Shown here one piece after another: positions 28,866 to 37,178 of a stretch of DNA of 64,000 nucleotides. The first letter of the stretch is position 1; each line of letters starts with the position of its first letter. Both the position numbers and the translations under genes were made by a program. Source of the stretch: Salinispira sp. (GTDB taxonomy: Bacteria; Spirochaetota; Spirochaetia; DSM-27196; Salinispiraceae); assembly GCA_965602015.1 (NCBI GenBank), contig OZ271918.1, forward strand, positions 2,112,001-2,176,000. The letters run 5' to 3'. The notes beneath the pieces were generated by a model. That model was not told where the DNA came from, searched no databases, and saw only the letters and a list, made by a program, of their open reading frames with translations.

Positions 28866-30354
28866 TGGGGTCATCTCCTGGGGCGTTCTGGGGAAACAAT
28901 TCATGTATCCGGGGGATAAGGCGTTCGAGGCCCATGCTTCTGGACCCCTTGAGCAAAACTACATCGCCGGGCTCGAGGATTTCCAAAAGCTGGGCTTGAA
29001 GATCTTCAATTTTTAAATGGGAACCGATGGGCACCCGGCGGGCGGCTGGTGAAGCATGCTGGTCGGCCGCATGGTCATTTTGAGCCCGGTAGAAATCTTC
29101 TCCGAGAAGCAGCAGGAAGTCCGGTTCGGCATTCAGGGCCGCCCGCAGGGTTTCCCGATGGGAGGCTTCGGCGAAGGCTCCCAGCTCCTTCATATCTCCC
29201 AGCACAAAGATGCGGCGGGACCCGGTCTTCTGATGGGTCGCCAGGTCCGCAGCGGTCGCAAAGGCGGCGGCCATGGAATCGGGGTTCGCGTTATAGCTGT
29301 CATCCAGAATATCGACGGCACCGGAAATAAGCACTCCCCTGCCTTGGGGAGGCCGGTATGTTTCCAGGCCGTTTTCTATCAGATGCCCATCGATTCCCAG
29401 TTCAGAGGCCAGGGCTATGACGCCGCAGGCATTGTGAATCATGTGCTTACCGCCGGCCGCCAGGACGTACTGGCGGCCCTCGTACATAAAGCGGCTTTCG
29501 CTTCCGGTACTTTCGATTAGACGGTAGCCGAACTCATCGCTGCAGCCGTAAAAACGCACCCGGCATGGCAGTGGATGGGCGTTGAGGTATTCCATGGCAT
29601 TAGGGTCGTCTTTGGGGATTAGCGCCAAATCTTTGGGGCCCATTGCCGAAAAAATCTGAAATTTTTCATGGGCTATTCCCTGCACGCTGCCGATGTTTCC
29701 GATATGGGCAGTCCCTATGTTGGTGATCAGGGCGATGTTTGGAAGGACCAGCTGAGCAAGGGTCGCCATCTCCCCCTTCTCGCTCATGGCCATTTCAAAC
29801 AGATAATAATCCGCCGTATCCGGGGCTGCGGCGAGGACCATCGGCAGGCCGATTACCGAATTAAAATTGCCGCTGCGGTAATAGCTGCTTCCCGCCAGCG
29901 AGCAAACCGACGCGAGCATATCCCGGGTACCGGTTTTGCCGTTGCTCCCGGTAATACCGATGCGCATGCCGCTTGTTGAATCAAGTCGGGCGGCGCCGGC
30001 CTGCTGAAGGCATACAAGGCTGTCGGATACCGGCACAAAAATCACCGGCTGGCTGCCCTGCGTGAGCTCGGGCACCACCGGCGATTCATCGCAATGCTCC
30101 CCCAGCCCGGCGGCTTCGAGGAGGGTTTGTTCGTGCGAAGCAAAATAGCCCTTATTGAGAACTATGGCTCGGGCCCCGGCTTCTATGGCCTGGGGAATAA
30201 ATCGGTGACCGTCGCTCCGCTCTCCCGGAAGGGCGAAGAATACAGATCCGGGGCCCACAGCGCGGCTATCTACAGCAAAATCCCGCCATTCGGGATGCTG
30301 CACAACCATCGAGATAAATTCCGCCTGTGAATATGCCACCGGATAGCCGGTCAT
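28858..30354 (-). CDS. murF: UDP-MurNAc-tripeptide:D-Ala-D-Ala ligase MurF
   Basis: DSR, GITGSNGKT, NIGTAH, DDSYNANP, LGDMKELG and LKGSR motifs. Confidence 0.95.
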   Translation of the reverse strand: MTGYPVAYSQAEFISMVVQHPEWRDFAVDSRAVGPGSVFFALPGERSDGHRFIPQAIEAGARAIVLNKGYFASHEQTLLEAAGLGEHCDESPVVPELTQGSQPVIFVPVSDSLVCLQQAGAARLDSTSGMRIGITGSNGKTGTRDMLASVCSLAGSSYYRSGNFNSVIGLPMVLAAAPDTADYYLFEMAMSEKGEMATLAQLVLPNIALITNIGTAHIGNIGSVQGIAHEKFQIFSAMGPKDLALIPKDDPNAMEYLNAHPLPCRVRFYGCSDEFGYRLIESTGSESRFMYEGRQYVLAAGGKHMIHNACGVIALASELGIDGHLIENGLETYRPPQGRGVLISGAVDILDDSYNANPDSMAAAFATAADLATHQKTGSRRIFVLGDMKELGAFAEASHRETLRAALNAEPDFLLLLGEDFYRAQNDHAADQHASPAARRVPIGSHLKIEDLQAQLLEILEPGDVVLLKGSRSMGLERLIPRIHELFPQNAPGDDPSV

Positions 30355-30386
30355 GTTCCCCTCCCCGAAAACATGAACACCTCTGG

Positions 30387-30665
30387 TCAGGAGTCGTCCT
30401 GTATTATATCAATCTGCGACCGGGGCGCCATTTCCATTCCCAGCTCCCGGGCTTCGTCAATAATCCGCCCGGGGCTTCGAAGGATGGAAATCCCCGTAAT
30501 CAGCCGTTTGTTTCGTTCAATCAGCTCAAGCTGCTGTTCTTCGGTCTCGGCGATCGTCTGCTCGAGCTCGTAATACCTGAATGCATACCACACATTGGTA
30601 AAAACTAACAGTGGCAGTGCCAGGACCAGCAGAGCCAGTATTGCGCCGATAATGCCTTTTCTCAT
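30387..30665 (-). CDS. ftsL: Cell division protein FtsL
   Basis: Small TM plus coiled-coil protein ending LRSPGRI..EARELGM; follows rsmH. Confidence 0.85.
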   Translation of the reverse strand: MRKGIIGAILALLVLALPLLVFTNVWYAFRYYELEQTIAETEEQQLELIERNKRLITGISILRSPGRIIDEARELGMEMAPRSQIDIIQDDS

Positions 30666-31618
30666 GCATCATGCCTGCTGTCCCGCAGCTTTTCCATTAC
30701 CCGGAATTTCGCCGAACGGGACGGGGGATTCTGAATTACCTCATCATCGGAAGGCCCGAGGGCCTTGCGGAAGGGCAGCTTCGCCAGAGGTTTGCCCCCA
30801 CATTCACACATCGGCATTTCCGGGGGGCAAATACAGCTCTTTGCATACTCCCGCATGAGATGCTTCACAATCCGGTCTTCCAGACTATGAAAGCTGATTA
30901 CCCCGATGCGCCCCCCGACCTCCAGTCTGGTAAAGGCGTTCTCAAGCGCCGGACGGATTCGGTCGAGCTCGGAATTCACCAGTATACGCAAGGCCTGAAA
31001 GCTCCTGGTGGCGGCGTGAATCCGGCCCCGCCGGTATTGGGCGGGCACCGCAGACTCGATGATTCCCGCCAGTTGTGCGGACGACAAGATATCCGATTCG
31101 GCCCTGGCCCGCACAATCGCCGAGGCGATGCGCCTGGAGTAGCGCTCTTCGCCGTAGTCGAAAAGAACGTGCATCAGCTCCCTTTCGGGTATGTCGGCCA
31201 GGACCGCTGAAAGCGGGCGGCCCCGCGAGGGATCAAGCCGCATATCGAGAGTTTCATCCTTCAGAAAGGAAAAACCCCGCCCGCTCTCGGCGTAATGGAA
31301 TACGGATATCCCCAGATCAAAGAGGATGCGGTGTGCCGGCTCCTCGAGGGGATAATCCGAGAAGAATTCATCGAAGTACATCAAAAAAAACTCAGAGCGA
31401 CCGTGAAAGCGCTTCAAACGCTCCTTGGCCTTGGCCATGATCTGGCTGTCGGCATCGATTGCCGCCAGCCTGACCTGCGGAAATGCGTTCAGGATTTTTT
31501 CCGAATGCCCGCCTTCTCCCAGGGTGCAGTCAATGAATATTCCGTCGGCATTTATCGGCTCCAGGTGTTCCAAGACCTCCCGGGGCATGACCGACGTATG
31601 CTGAATTTCCACAAGCAC
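30662..31618 (-). CDS. rsmH: 16S rRNA m4C1402 methyltransferase RsmH (MraW)
   Basis: DCTLGEGGHS, DLGIS, LDMR, FQALRI, SFHSLEDR and NPPSRSAK motifs. Confidence 0.97.
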   Translation of the reverse strand: MLVEIQHTSVMPREVLEHLEPINADGIFIDCTLGEGGHSEKILNAFPQVRLAAIDADSQIMAKAKERLKRFHGRSEFFLMYFDEFFSDYPLEEPAHRILFDLGISVFHYAESGRGFSFLKDETLDMRLDPSRGRPLSAVLADIPERELMHVLFDYGEERYSRRIASAIVRARAESDILSSAQLAGIIESAVPAQYRRGRIHAATRSFQALRILVNSELDRIRPALENAFTRLEVGGRIGVISFHSLEDRIVKHLMREYAKSCICPPEMPMCECGGKPLAKLPFRKALGPSDDEVIQNPPSRSAKFRVMEKLRDSRHDA

Positions 31619-31620
31619 TC

Positions 31621-32061
31621 CTAAAAGGAGACGAGCCCTCCCAGTTCTTCGGCTGCCTCTCTAAACTCATCTTCGGTTTCTTCGAAATACTTCTGATATT
31701 CCCCCAAATCCCATATTTCGAGGTATTTCTCGATGCCAAGCACCATGCACTCCCGCTGAAGACCGACGGACTCCGCCAGGGTAAGGGGGATGTTAAGCCT
31801 CCCCGCCTTGTCCAGCTCGATTTCCTGAGCCGGCGCGATTATCCGCCTCTGCAACAGCCGGGCCCGTTTTTGGAAGGGACTCGCCGCTTCCATCAGACTT
31901 GAGGCCAGACTGCGCCATTCTTCCGGGGGGAACAGCCACAGGCAGCGATCGACCCCTCGAGTGATAACCAGTGAGTTACCCGGGATTGCGCTTCTCAATC
32001 GCGCTGGAACAAGGAGTCGGCCTTTCTCGTCAAGACTGTTTCTGTACTCCCCGGTCAACAC
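31621..32061 (-). CDS. mraZ: Transcriptional regulator MraZ
   Basis: Two DxxGR motifs (LDEKGRL, LDKAGRL). Confidence 0.96.
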   Translation of the reverse strand: MLTGEYRNSLDEKGRLLVPARLRSAIPGNSLVITRGVDRCLWLFPPEEWRSLASSLMEAASPFQKRARLLQRRIIAPAQEIELDKAGRLNIPLTLAESVGLQRECMVLGIEKYLEIWDLGEYQKYFEETEDEFREAAEELGGLVSF

Positions 32062-32067
32062 CCTTTA

Positions 32068-32108
32068 CTCCCACTTTCTCCCGTTTTCTCCCACTTTTTA
32101 CCACTTCT
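32068..32108 (-). promoter_or_regulatory. MraZ-binding direct repeats
   Basis: AAGTGGT, AAGTGGGAG, AAACGGGAG and AAGTGGGAG at exact 10-bp spacing (CCAC at 32071, 32091, 32101; degenerate copy at 32081). Confidence 0.8.
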
Positions 32109-32112
32109 TCCT

Positions 32113-32140
32113 ATACTACGACAATAAAATCATATGTCAA
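32113..32140 (-). promoter_or_regulatory. sigma70 promoter of the dcw operon
   Basis: TTGACA-16 bp-TAGTAT directly upstream of the MraZ boxes, with an AT-rich region further upstream. Confidence 0.65.
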
Positions 32141-32250
32141 CCAAGTAGACAGAAAATTAATAAAAAGCAGTACAGCCGAAGATAATTATCTTCATATTTG
32201 TTGAGTAAAAAATTGTGCGGGAAGATTCCGTCCGGTGACCTGCTTCGAGG

Positions 32251-34476
32251 TCACCCGGAGTCCCGGGGACCGGGGACCGAGAGGGGAATTCGCAACTCGA
32301 AGCAGGCTCCCGGTTCGCCGGGATTAACCAGGCTGATTTCTCCGCCGAGCACCGAGGTCGCAAGATTGTAGACTATGCTCAAGCCGAGCCCCGTACCGCC
32401 CTGTTCCATACCGGTGGTAAAAAAGGGCTGGAAGATCTTTGCCCCGTGCTCGCCGGGTATACCCGGGCCGGAATCCCGGTAAACCAGGCACAGCTGTTTG
32501 TCGTCCCGGCGGAAATCGATATCGATTCTTTCCCGACGGCCCGGGTTCAGGGCGTACTTCAAGCTGTTGGTGAGAAGGTTTGTAATAATCTGGGAAAAGG
32601 CGCCGGGGTAACTGTCCAGTACCAGCTGCTCATCTCCGCTTATGGTGAATTTGAGATCATAGGATTTCCATTGGGGTTTTAGGCTGAGAATTACCTGATC
32701 AAGGTATTGCCTCACCGGGAAACGGCGGCGCCCCTCCCCGGCCTGATCGGCAGCGACCTGTTTAAAACTGCCCAGAAGCTGTTCTGCTCTCTCCAGGTTG
32801 GCGGCGACTATTCGGCTGGATTCCTCGAAGAGTTCCAACATGGCCGCAAGATCCGAACGGGTCATGCTTCCGTCTTCGAAGCGTTTTTGCAGGGCGAGGC
32901 TTTGGCTGTGCATGTGGCTGGAAGCCGTGAGGGCGTTTCCCAGGGGGGTGCGCAGATCGTGGGTTACTCCCGCGACCATCTGACCCAGGGCCGCCATTTT
33001 TTCCGATTGCTCCAACAGTTTCTGGGCGTTCTGCAGGGAGGAGAGGGTGTTGATAAGTTTTCGGTTGCCTTCCCGCAGGCGCTCCTGGTATTCGAGCAGC
33101 TGCTTTTCGTTTCGGCCGCGTTCGTCCAGAAGCAGCACTGACTGGAGGGCTCCGCTTAGCAGGCTCCTGATGGTTCCGGTTACCGCGCTGGATATGCGGT
33201 CGGTGATAAACACGACGAAACCCAGTTTTTCGTCCTTTGAATAGAGGGCTTCGACGATTACCAGCCGAGCCGATTGGCTCAATTCTTTAAGTCCTCCGGG
33301 AAGCAGAGATATGGTGTCGAAACTCACTCCGGCCTTGGGAAGCTCCCGGCGGACGCCGTCCCGTTGTTCGAACAACAGGCGGGATCGCCGGCTTTCCCTG
33401 TTCGTCTCCTCGAAAATGGAAAGATAGCAGGAGTTTATGCCTAATGCTGGAAGCTCGTACGCAAGGACATCCAGCACGTCAGAGAGTTTGATGCTGGTGA
33501 TAAGCGCTTCGCTGAGAAGCCTGAGCTGGTTGAGTTTGCGCTCGGTCGCCAGGCGCAGGCGGGTTTCGCTTTCCATATCGTCGGGAGAGGCGGACTCCAT
33601 GTGAACATCCCGGGAAGACCGCTGGGAGCAGGAACTTCGGATTATGAGCTCAGGGGCAATTTTAACGACGGCCGCTGCCGGGACGCTCTTGTGGTCAACA
33701 ATCTCCAAGGCCAACTGCGCTGCCCGGGCAGCCAGATCGGCGGTGGACTGGCGAACGGTGCTCAACGGCGGCTGGGCATAACGGGCATCGATGCTGTCGT
33801 CGAAACCGGTAACCCCAACATCCCCGGGAATGGAAAACCCCCGTTCCGTCAGCCCCTCCATCAGGCCCACAGCCATGCTGTCGTTGGCACAGACCACCAC
33901 GGATTCTCCCGGGACTATGAGTCTGGAAAGTTCTGCTGCCGCAGATAAGCCGGATTCTATGGTGTAGTCCCCCTCGGTTATCCGGGTTTGATCGAGATCT
34001 ATTCCGGCCTGGTCGATGGCCTTGAGGAAGGCGGCTTTGCGCAGCTCAGCTTCCTGCTGATCCCGGGGACCAGATAAGTGAAAGAACTGGTGGAAACGCT
34101 TTAGGGAAATAAGGTGGTCCATCATTGCGCTCATCCCCATGTAGTTGTCAACATGGACTCCCGGCACTCCCGGCACCTCGATTTCCAGGGTGATAAGGGG
34201 GAGGGGATAGAAATCCGCACAAAAACCGATTAAATCCGTACTGGAGATGTGGTGACTGATGGCTCCGGTAATAATAAGGGCATCAAGATTTTCACGGTCG
34301 ACCATGCGGTACAACACGTTTCTTTGTGCTTCGAAGCCATGGTAGGAGCGCAGGGAACCACTGGTAAAAACCAGCAGGCGAATCTCCCGGGACGAAAAAA
34401 TCCGGTCGAGACCGCTGAGGATGTTCTGCCCGTAGGAATCCTCAGTCGAACCGAGAAACAAGCCTATGGTCAGCAC
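32251..34476 (-). CDS. Cytoplasmic histidine kinase with an N-terminal LacI-type sugar-binding sensor domain
   Basis: LacI-type ligand domain (VDNYMGM, CANDSMA, PGDVGVTGFDD, PPLSTVRQ, LIIRSSC) without an HTH; H-box THDLRTPL, N-box NLLTNS, DSGPGI, GTGLGL. The GTG start overlaps the racemase stop. Confidence 0.88.
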   Translation of the reverse strand: MLTIGLFLGSTEDSYGQNILSGLDRIFSSREIRLLVFTSGSLRSYHGFEAQRNVLYRMVDRENLDALIITGAISHHISSTDLIGFCADFYPLPLITLEIEVPGVPGVHVDNYMGMSAMMDHLISLKRFHQFFHLSGPRDQQEAELRKAAFLKAIDQAGIDLDQTRITEGDYTIESGLSAAAELSRLIVPGESVVVCANDSMAVGLMEGLTERGFSIPGDVGVTGFDDSIDARYAQPPLSTVRQSTADLAARAAQLALEIVDHKSVPAAAVVKIAPELIIRSSCSQRSSRDVHMESASPDDMESETRLRLATERKLNQLRLLSEALITSIKLSDVLDVLAYELPALGINSCYLSIFEETNRESRRSRLLFEQRDGVRRELPKAGVSFDTISLLPGGLKELSQSARLVIVEALYSKDEKLGFVVFITDRISSAVTGTIRSLLSGALQSVLLLDERGRNEKQLLEYQERLREGNRKLINTLSSLQNAQKLLEQSEKMAALGQMVAGVTHDLRTPLGNALTASSHMHSQSLALQKRFEDGSMTRSDLAAMLELFEESSRIVAANLERAEQLLGSFKQVAADQAGEGRRRFPVRQYLDQVILSLKPQWKSYDLKFTISGDEQLVLDSYPGAFSQIITNLLTNSLKYALNPGRRERIDIDFRRDDKQLCLVYRDSGPGIPGEHGAKIFQPFFTTGMEQGGTGLGLSIVYNLATSVLGGEISLVNPGEPGACFELRIPLSVPGPRDSG

Positions 34477-35174
34477 GCAGCTTCTCCGGATGCGCACAGA
34501 AACTCGACGGCCTCGCGGCAGTGAATTGCGGTGCTGTCGAACACATCCATGCTCGAATCCTCCTGCGTGATTAATAGGGGAATTTCTGTGCAGCCGAGAA
34601 TCACTCCGGAGGCTCCCCTGGCCTTTAGACCGTCGATGATGTCCAAAAAGCGCTTTTGGGACTCGGGATTGAATATGCCTAAGCAAAGTTCCCGGTAAAT
34701 CACCCGGTGGATAAACTCCCGTTCGGCCGCTGAAGGGATTATTACCTCAAGACCGAAATTGTCGGTAAGCCGGACGGAGTAAAAATCCTCTTCCATGGTA
34801 AAAGCGGTTCCCAGGAGCCCTACCCGTTTCATATTTGCCGCCCGTATCCTTTTTCCCACGGCGTCGGCAATGTGGAGGAAGGGAATGGAAATACTTTCCT
34901 CGATTATCGGGGCAACCTTATGCATGGTATTTGTCGCAAGCATAAGCGCTCCAGCACCCGCCCTTTCCAGGGAAACCGCAGCCTCAGACAGGGCCTGGGC
35001 GATGGCTGTCCAATCGCCCTGGTGCTGCAGTTTTTCCAGGGGTTCGAAGTTGACGCTGCGCAGTATCAAATCGGCGGAGTTCAACCCCCCGAGCCGTTCC
35101 GCCACTCCCCGGTTGATGTATCGGTAGTATTCGGCGCTGCTTTCCCAACTCATTCCGCCGATTATCCCCAGCAC
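34470..35174 (-). CDS. PLP-independent amino-acid racemase, YgeA/RacX-like (Asp/Glu racemase family)
   Basis: GIIGGMSWESS, ATNTMH, GLLGTAFTM and LGCTEI motifs; Thr/Cys catalytic pair. The GTG start overlaps the upstream TAG. Confidence 0.92.
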   Translation of the reverse strand: MLGIIGGMSWESSAEYYRYINRGVAERLGGLNSADLILRSVNFEPLEKLQHQGDWTAIAQALSEAAVSLERAGAGALMLATNTMHKVAPIIEESISIPFLHIADAVGKRIRAANMKRVGLLGTAFTMEEDFYSVRLTDNFGLEVIIPSAAEREFIHRVIYRELCLGIFNPESQKRFLDIIDGLKARGASGVILGCTEIPLLITQEDSSMDVFDSTAIHCREAVEFLCASGEAAC

Positions 35175-36064
35175 TAGCCCTGCTCCCCGGACCCGCCACC
35201 GAGGCCGAGGGTTTTTCCGCTGTCCGGGGGATCGGCGAAGGCCATTCCGGTGACCGGTAGCTTCCACCCGAGGCTTTCGATCCACTGTCCCATATGGCTT
35301 GTCATCAGTTCAATGGCAACCGGCAGCTGGGAATCTGCTGTTCCCGCCATAAACAGCAGCTTTTCTACCGCGCGCTTACAGCCCTGGGGCGCATCAAGCC
35401 GCTGATTTTCGAGAATAGTCAGAAGCTTTTTTTCTCCCGGATGCCACATTCTGTTGCAGGCGAAGAGAATATCAAAATAGCTTGCCAAAAAAGCCCCGAC
35501 CCGATGGTTAACCGAGACGATATCGCCTCGGGCCGCCGCGACCTCAATCTGACCCCGGTAGGAGGAGAGGGAGTCCGATAAAAGAGGGAAATTGGCGTCA
35601 ATGATGTTCTGAATCAGCTCCTCGGGGTATTCCCCGTCGAACTCCTCGCGCAGGGATAAAAACCGGCCGTTCCTGTCAAAAAGAATCCGGGATGAGAAAA
35701 AGTTCGCCGCCATGCAGGTCGAATACCCGATATAGGCCTGATGCCGACGGCAAATCCGTTCGAGTTCACCCCGGATAAAATCATAATCCCGGAAAATCAA
35801 CTCGACCTTGCCGAGCCCGTCTTTGAGCTGCCATAAATCCTCGGTTTCCCAAAAGCGGTTGTCTATTTCAGCACGGCTGCAGAGCTTGCCGGCCAGTTCG
35901 ACGCGCCGGGAAGGGTCGATCTCCGCGCGTGTGTACACGTAGAGGTCGGTGTCGGAAAACCGGTCGACAGTACCCCCGGTTCGGCTGCCGGCCAAAAGCA
36001 GCGCTTCGGTTTCACTCCAGCTGGAAATTTCATCGCTGATGCTCGCTAACAGCTCGTCGTTCAT
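35174..36064 (-). CDS. Pol-beta-fold nucleotidyltransferase with a DUF4037-like helical domain
   Basis: LAGSR...DRFSDTDLYVY (GS..DxD), ILFDRNG, HPGEKK. Confidence 0.8.
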   Translation of the reverse strand: MNDELLASISDEISSWSETEALLLAGSRTGGTVDRFSDTDLYVYTRAEIDPSRRVELAGKLCSRAEIDNRFWETEDLWQLKDGLGKVELIFRDYDFIRGELERICRRHQAYIGYSTCMAANFFSSRILFDRNGRFLSLREEFDGEYPEELIQNIIDANFPLLSDSLSSYRGQIEVAAARGDIVSVNHRVGAFLASYFDILFACNRMWHPGEKKLLTILENQRLDAPQGCKRAVEKLLFMAGTADSQLPVAIELMTSHMGQWIESLGWKLPVTGMAFADPPDSGKTLGLGGGSGEQG

Positions 36065-36080
36065 AAAACCCCCGAACTTA

Positions 36081-36109
36081 ATCATAGGTCCGAACGGGCC
36101 GGGACACAA
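36081..36109 (-). promoter_or_regulatory. Putative sigma70 promoter of the nucleotidyltransferase-racemase-kinase operon
   Basis: TTGTGT-17 bp-TATGAT. Confidence 0.45.
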
Positions 36110-36170
36110 GGTCTTCGCTGTCCGGCATGTTTATTGCCCCGGGAGACTGCCAGCGGGCTATAATGGGTAT

Positions 36171-37169
36171 ATGAAAGACTTCCTTCGCGCATACCGGCTG
36201 CCCATCTTTTTAATTCTCGGTGCCATCATCATTGTGATTCTCATCTTTACCATACTCGCACCGCAGAGAAATCGGCTTCGCGTCAGCCTGGGCGACGAAG
36301 CCTTCGCCTCATACATCTCACGGATCGCGGAATCGCCTGGCGAGGAATCATCTAACGAGGAAGGTATAGAGCTGCATTTCACCGACCGGCGGCCGGATAT
36401 CCGCATCAGCCCCGGCGCCCCCGGCGAACGGCTGCCGTCGTTCTCATCGGCACTGGCCCTGGATCCGCTGGTGTGGATCGCCGACCGGCGATATCTGCCG
36501 GAAAGGGAGACCGGGGACATCAGTCTGCAGGAGCTCGTTCCGGCAGTGGCGGCAAACTGGACGGAAGAGGGCTATCCGCTGCTTATTCCCGGCGATGCGC
36601 CTCTGCTGTTTCTGCCCATCCTCATAAAGCTGCAGGAGGATATCAGCGGGAGGATTCCCCGCTACCCCCTGGAACATTGGGATGAGATGCTGGCCGCTCC
36701 AGGAGAATGGCGCCGCAGCGGGCAGTTCGACCAGGCCTTTGCGCTGCTGGATGCATGGGAAGAGGCGGGTTACCTGTCGCCCCAGTGGACCGATTTTGAC
36801 GAGGCGGCATTTACCACCCTCATTCGCGGCGGGCAGACAGCCCTGTTCCCCGCCCGGCTATCCTGGAGGCGGGCCCAAAGCAGAGAAGTGAGTTTTAACT
36901 GGACCGTACTCCCTGACATTCCCGGGGCCGAACGGCGGAATTACCGGCTTACTACCCGACTTCTGGAAATTGAACTGTCGCCGCGAAGACGTCTGGCCGA
37001 GACCGCCGACGAGCTCATGAAGCGGCTCAGCGGCCCGGAGGCCGCCGAACAGCTGGTAGTTGAAACCGGCTGGACCCCCGCCGTCGGGCAGGGCCCCTTC
37101 CTCAACCGGGAAGACCGGGACGCCCGGGCCGCAGCCCGGAGCGCCGTGGGTTGGATTGTGGTGCCGTAG
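36171..37169 (+). CDS. Membrane-anchored protein, divergent extracellular solute-binding-like
   Basis: N-terminal TM (PIFLILGAIIIVILIFTIL), ALDPLVWIAD, GQTALF, C-terminal GWTP. Only gene on the + strand. Confidence 0.6.
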   Translation: MKDFLRAYRLPIFLILGAIIIVILIFTILAPQRNRLRVSLGDEAFASYISRIAESPGEESSNEEGIELHFTDRRPDIRISPGAPGERLPSFSSALALDPLVWIADRRYLPERETGDISLQELVPAVAANWTEEGYPLLIPGDAPLLFLPILIKLQEDISGRIPRYPLEHWDEMLAAPGEWRRSGQFDQAFALLDAWEEAGYLSPQWTDFDEAAFTTLIRGGQTALFPARLSWRRAQSREVSFNWTVLPDIPGAERRNYRLTTRLLEIELSPRRRLAETADELMKRLSGPEAAEQLVVETGWTPAVGQGPFLNREDRDARAAARSAVGWIVVP

Positions 37170-37178
37170 CCGGCCCTA

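Noticed and set aside
32068..32108. Short periodic repeats as CRISPR or microsatellite
   Set aside because: 10-bp period, no spacers, no cas genes; explained as MraZ boxes.
34477..34686. Apparent 210-bp overlap of kinase and racemase ORFs, and similar long overlaps at hslV, xerD, ftsA, ftsQ and mraY
   Set aside because: Artefacts of longest-ORF start choice; downstream starts, mostly with an RBS or stop/start coupling, remove or shrink them.
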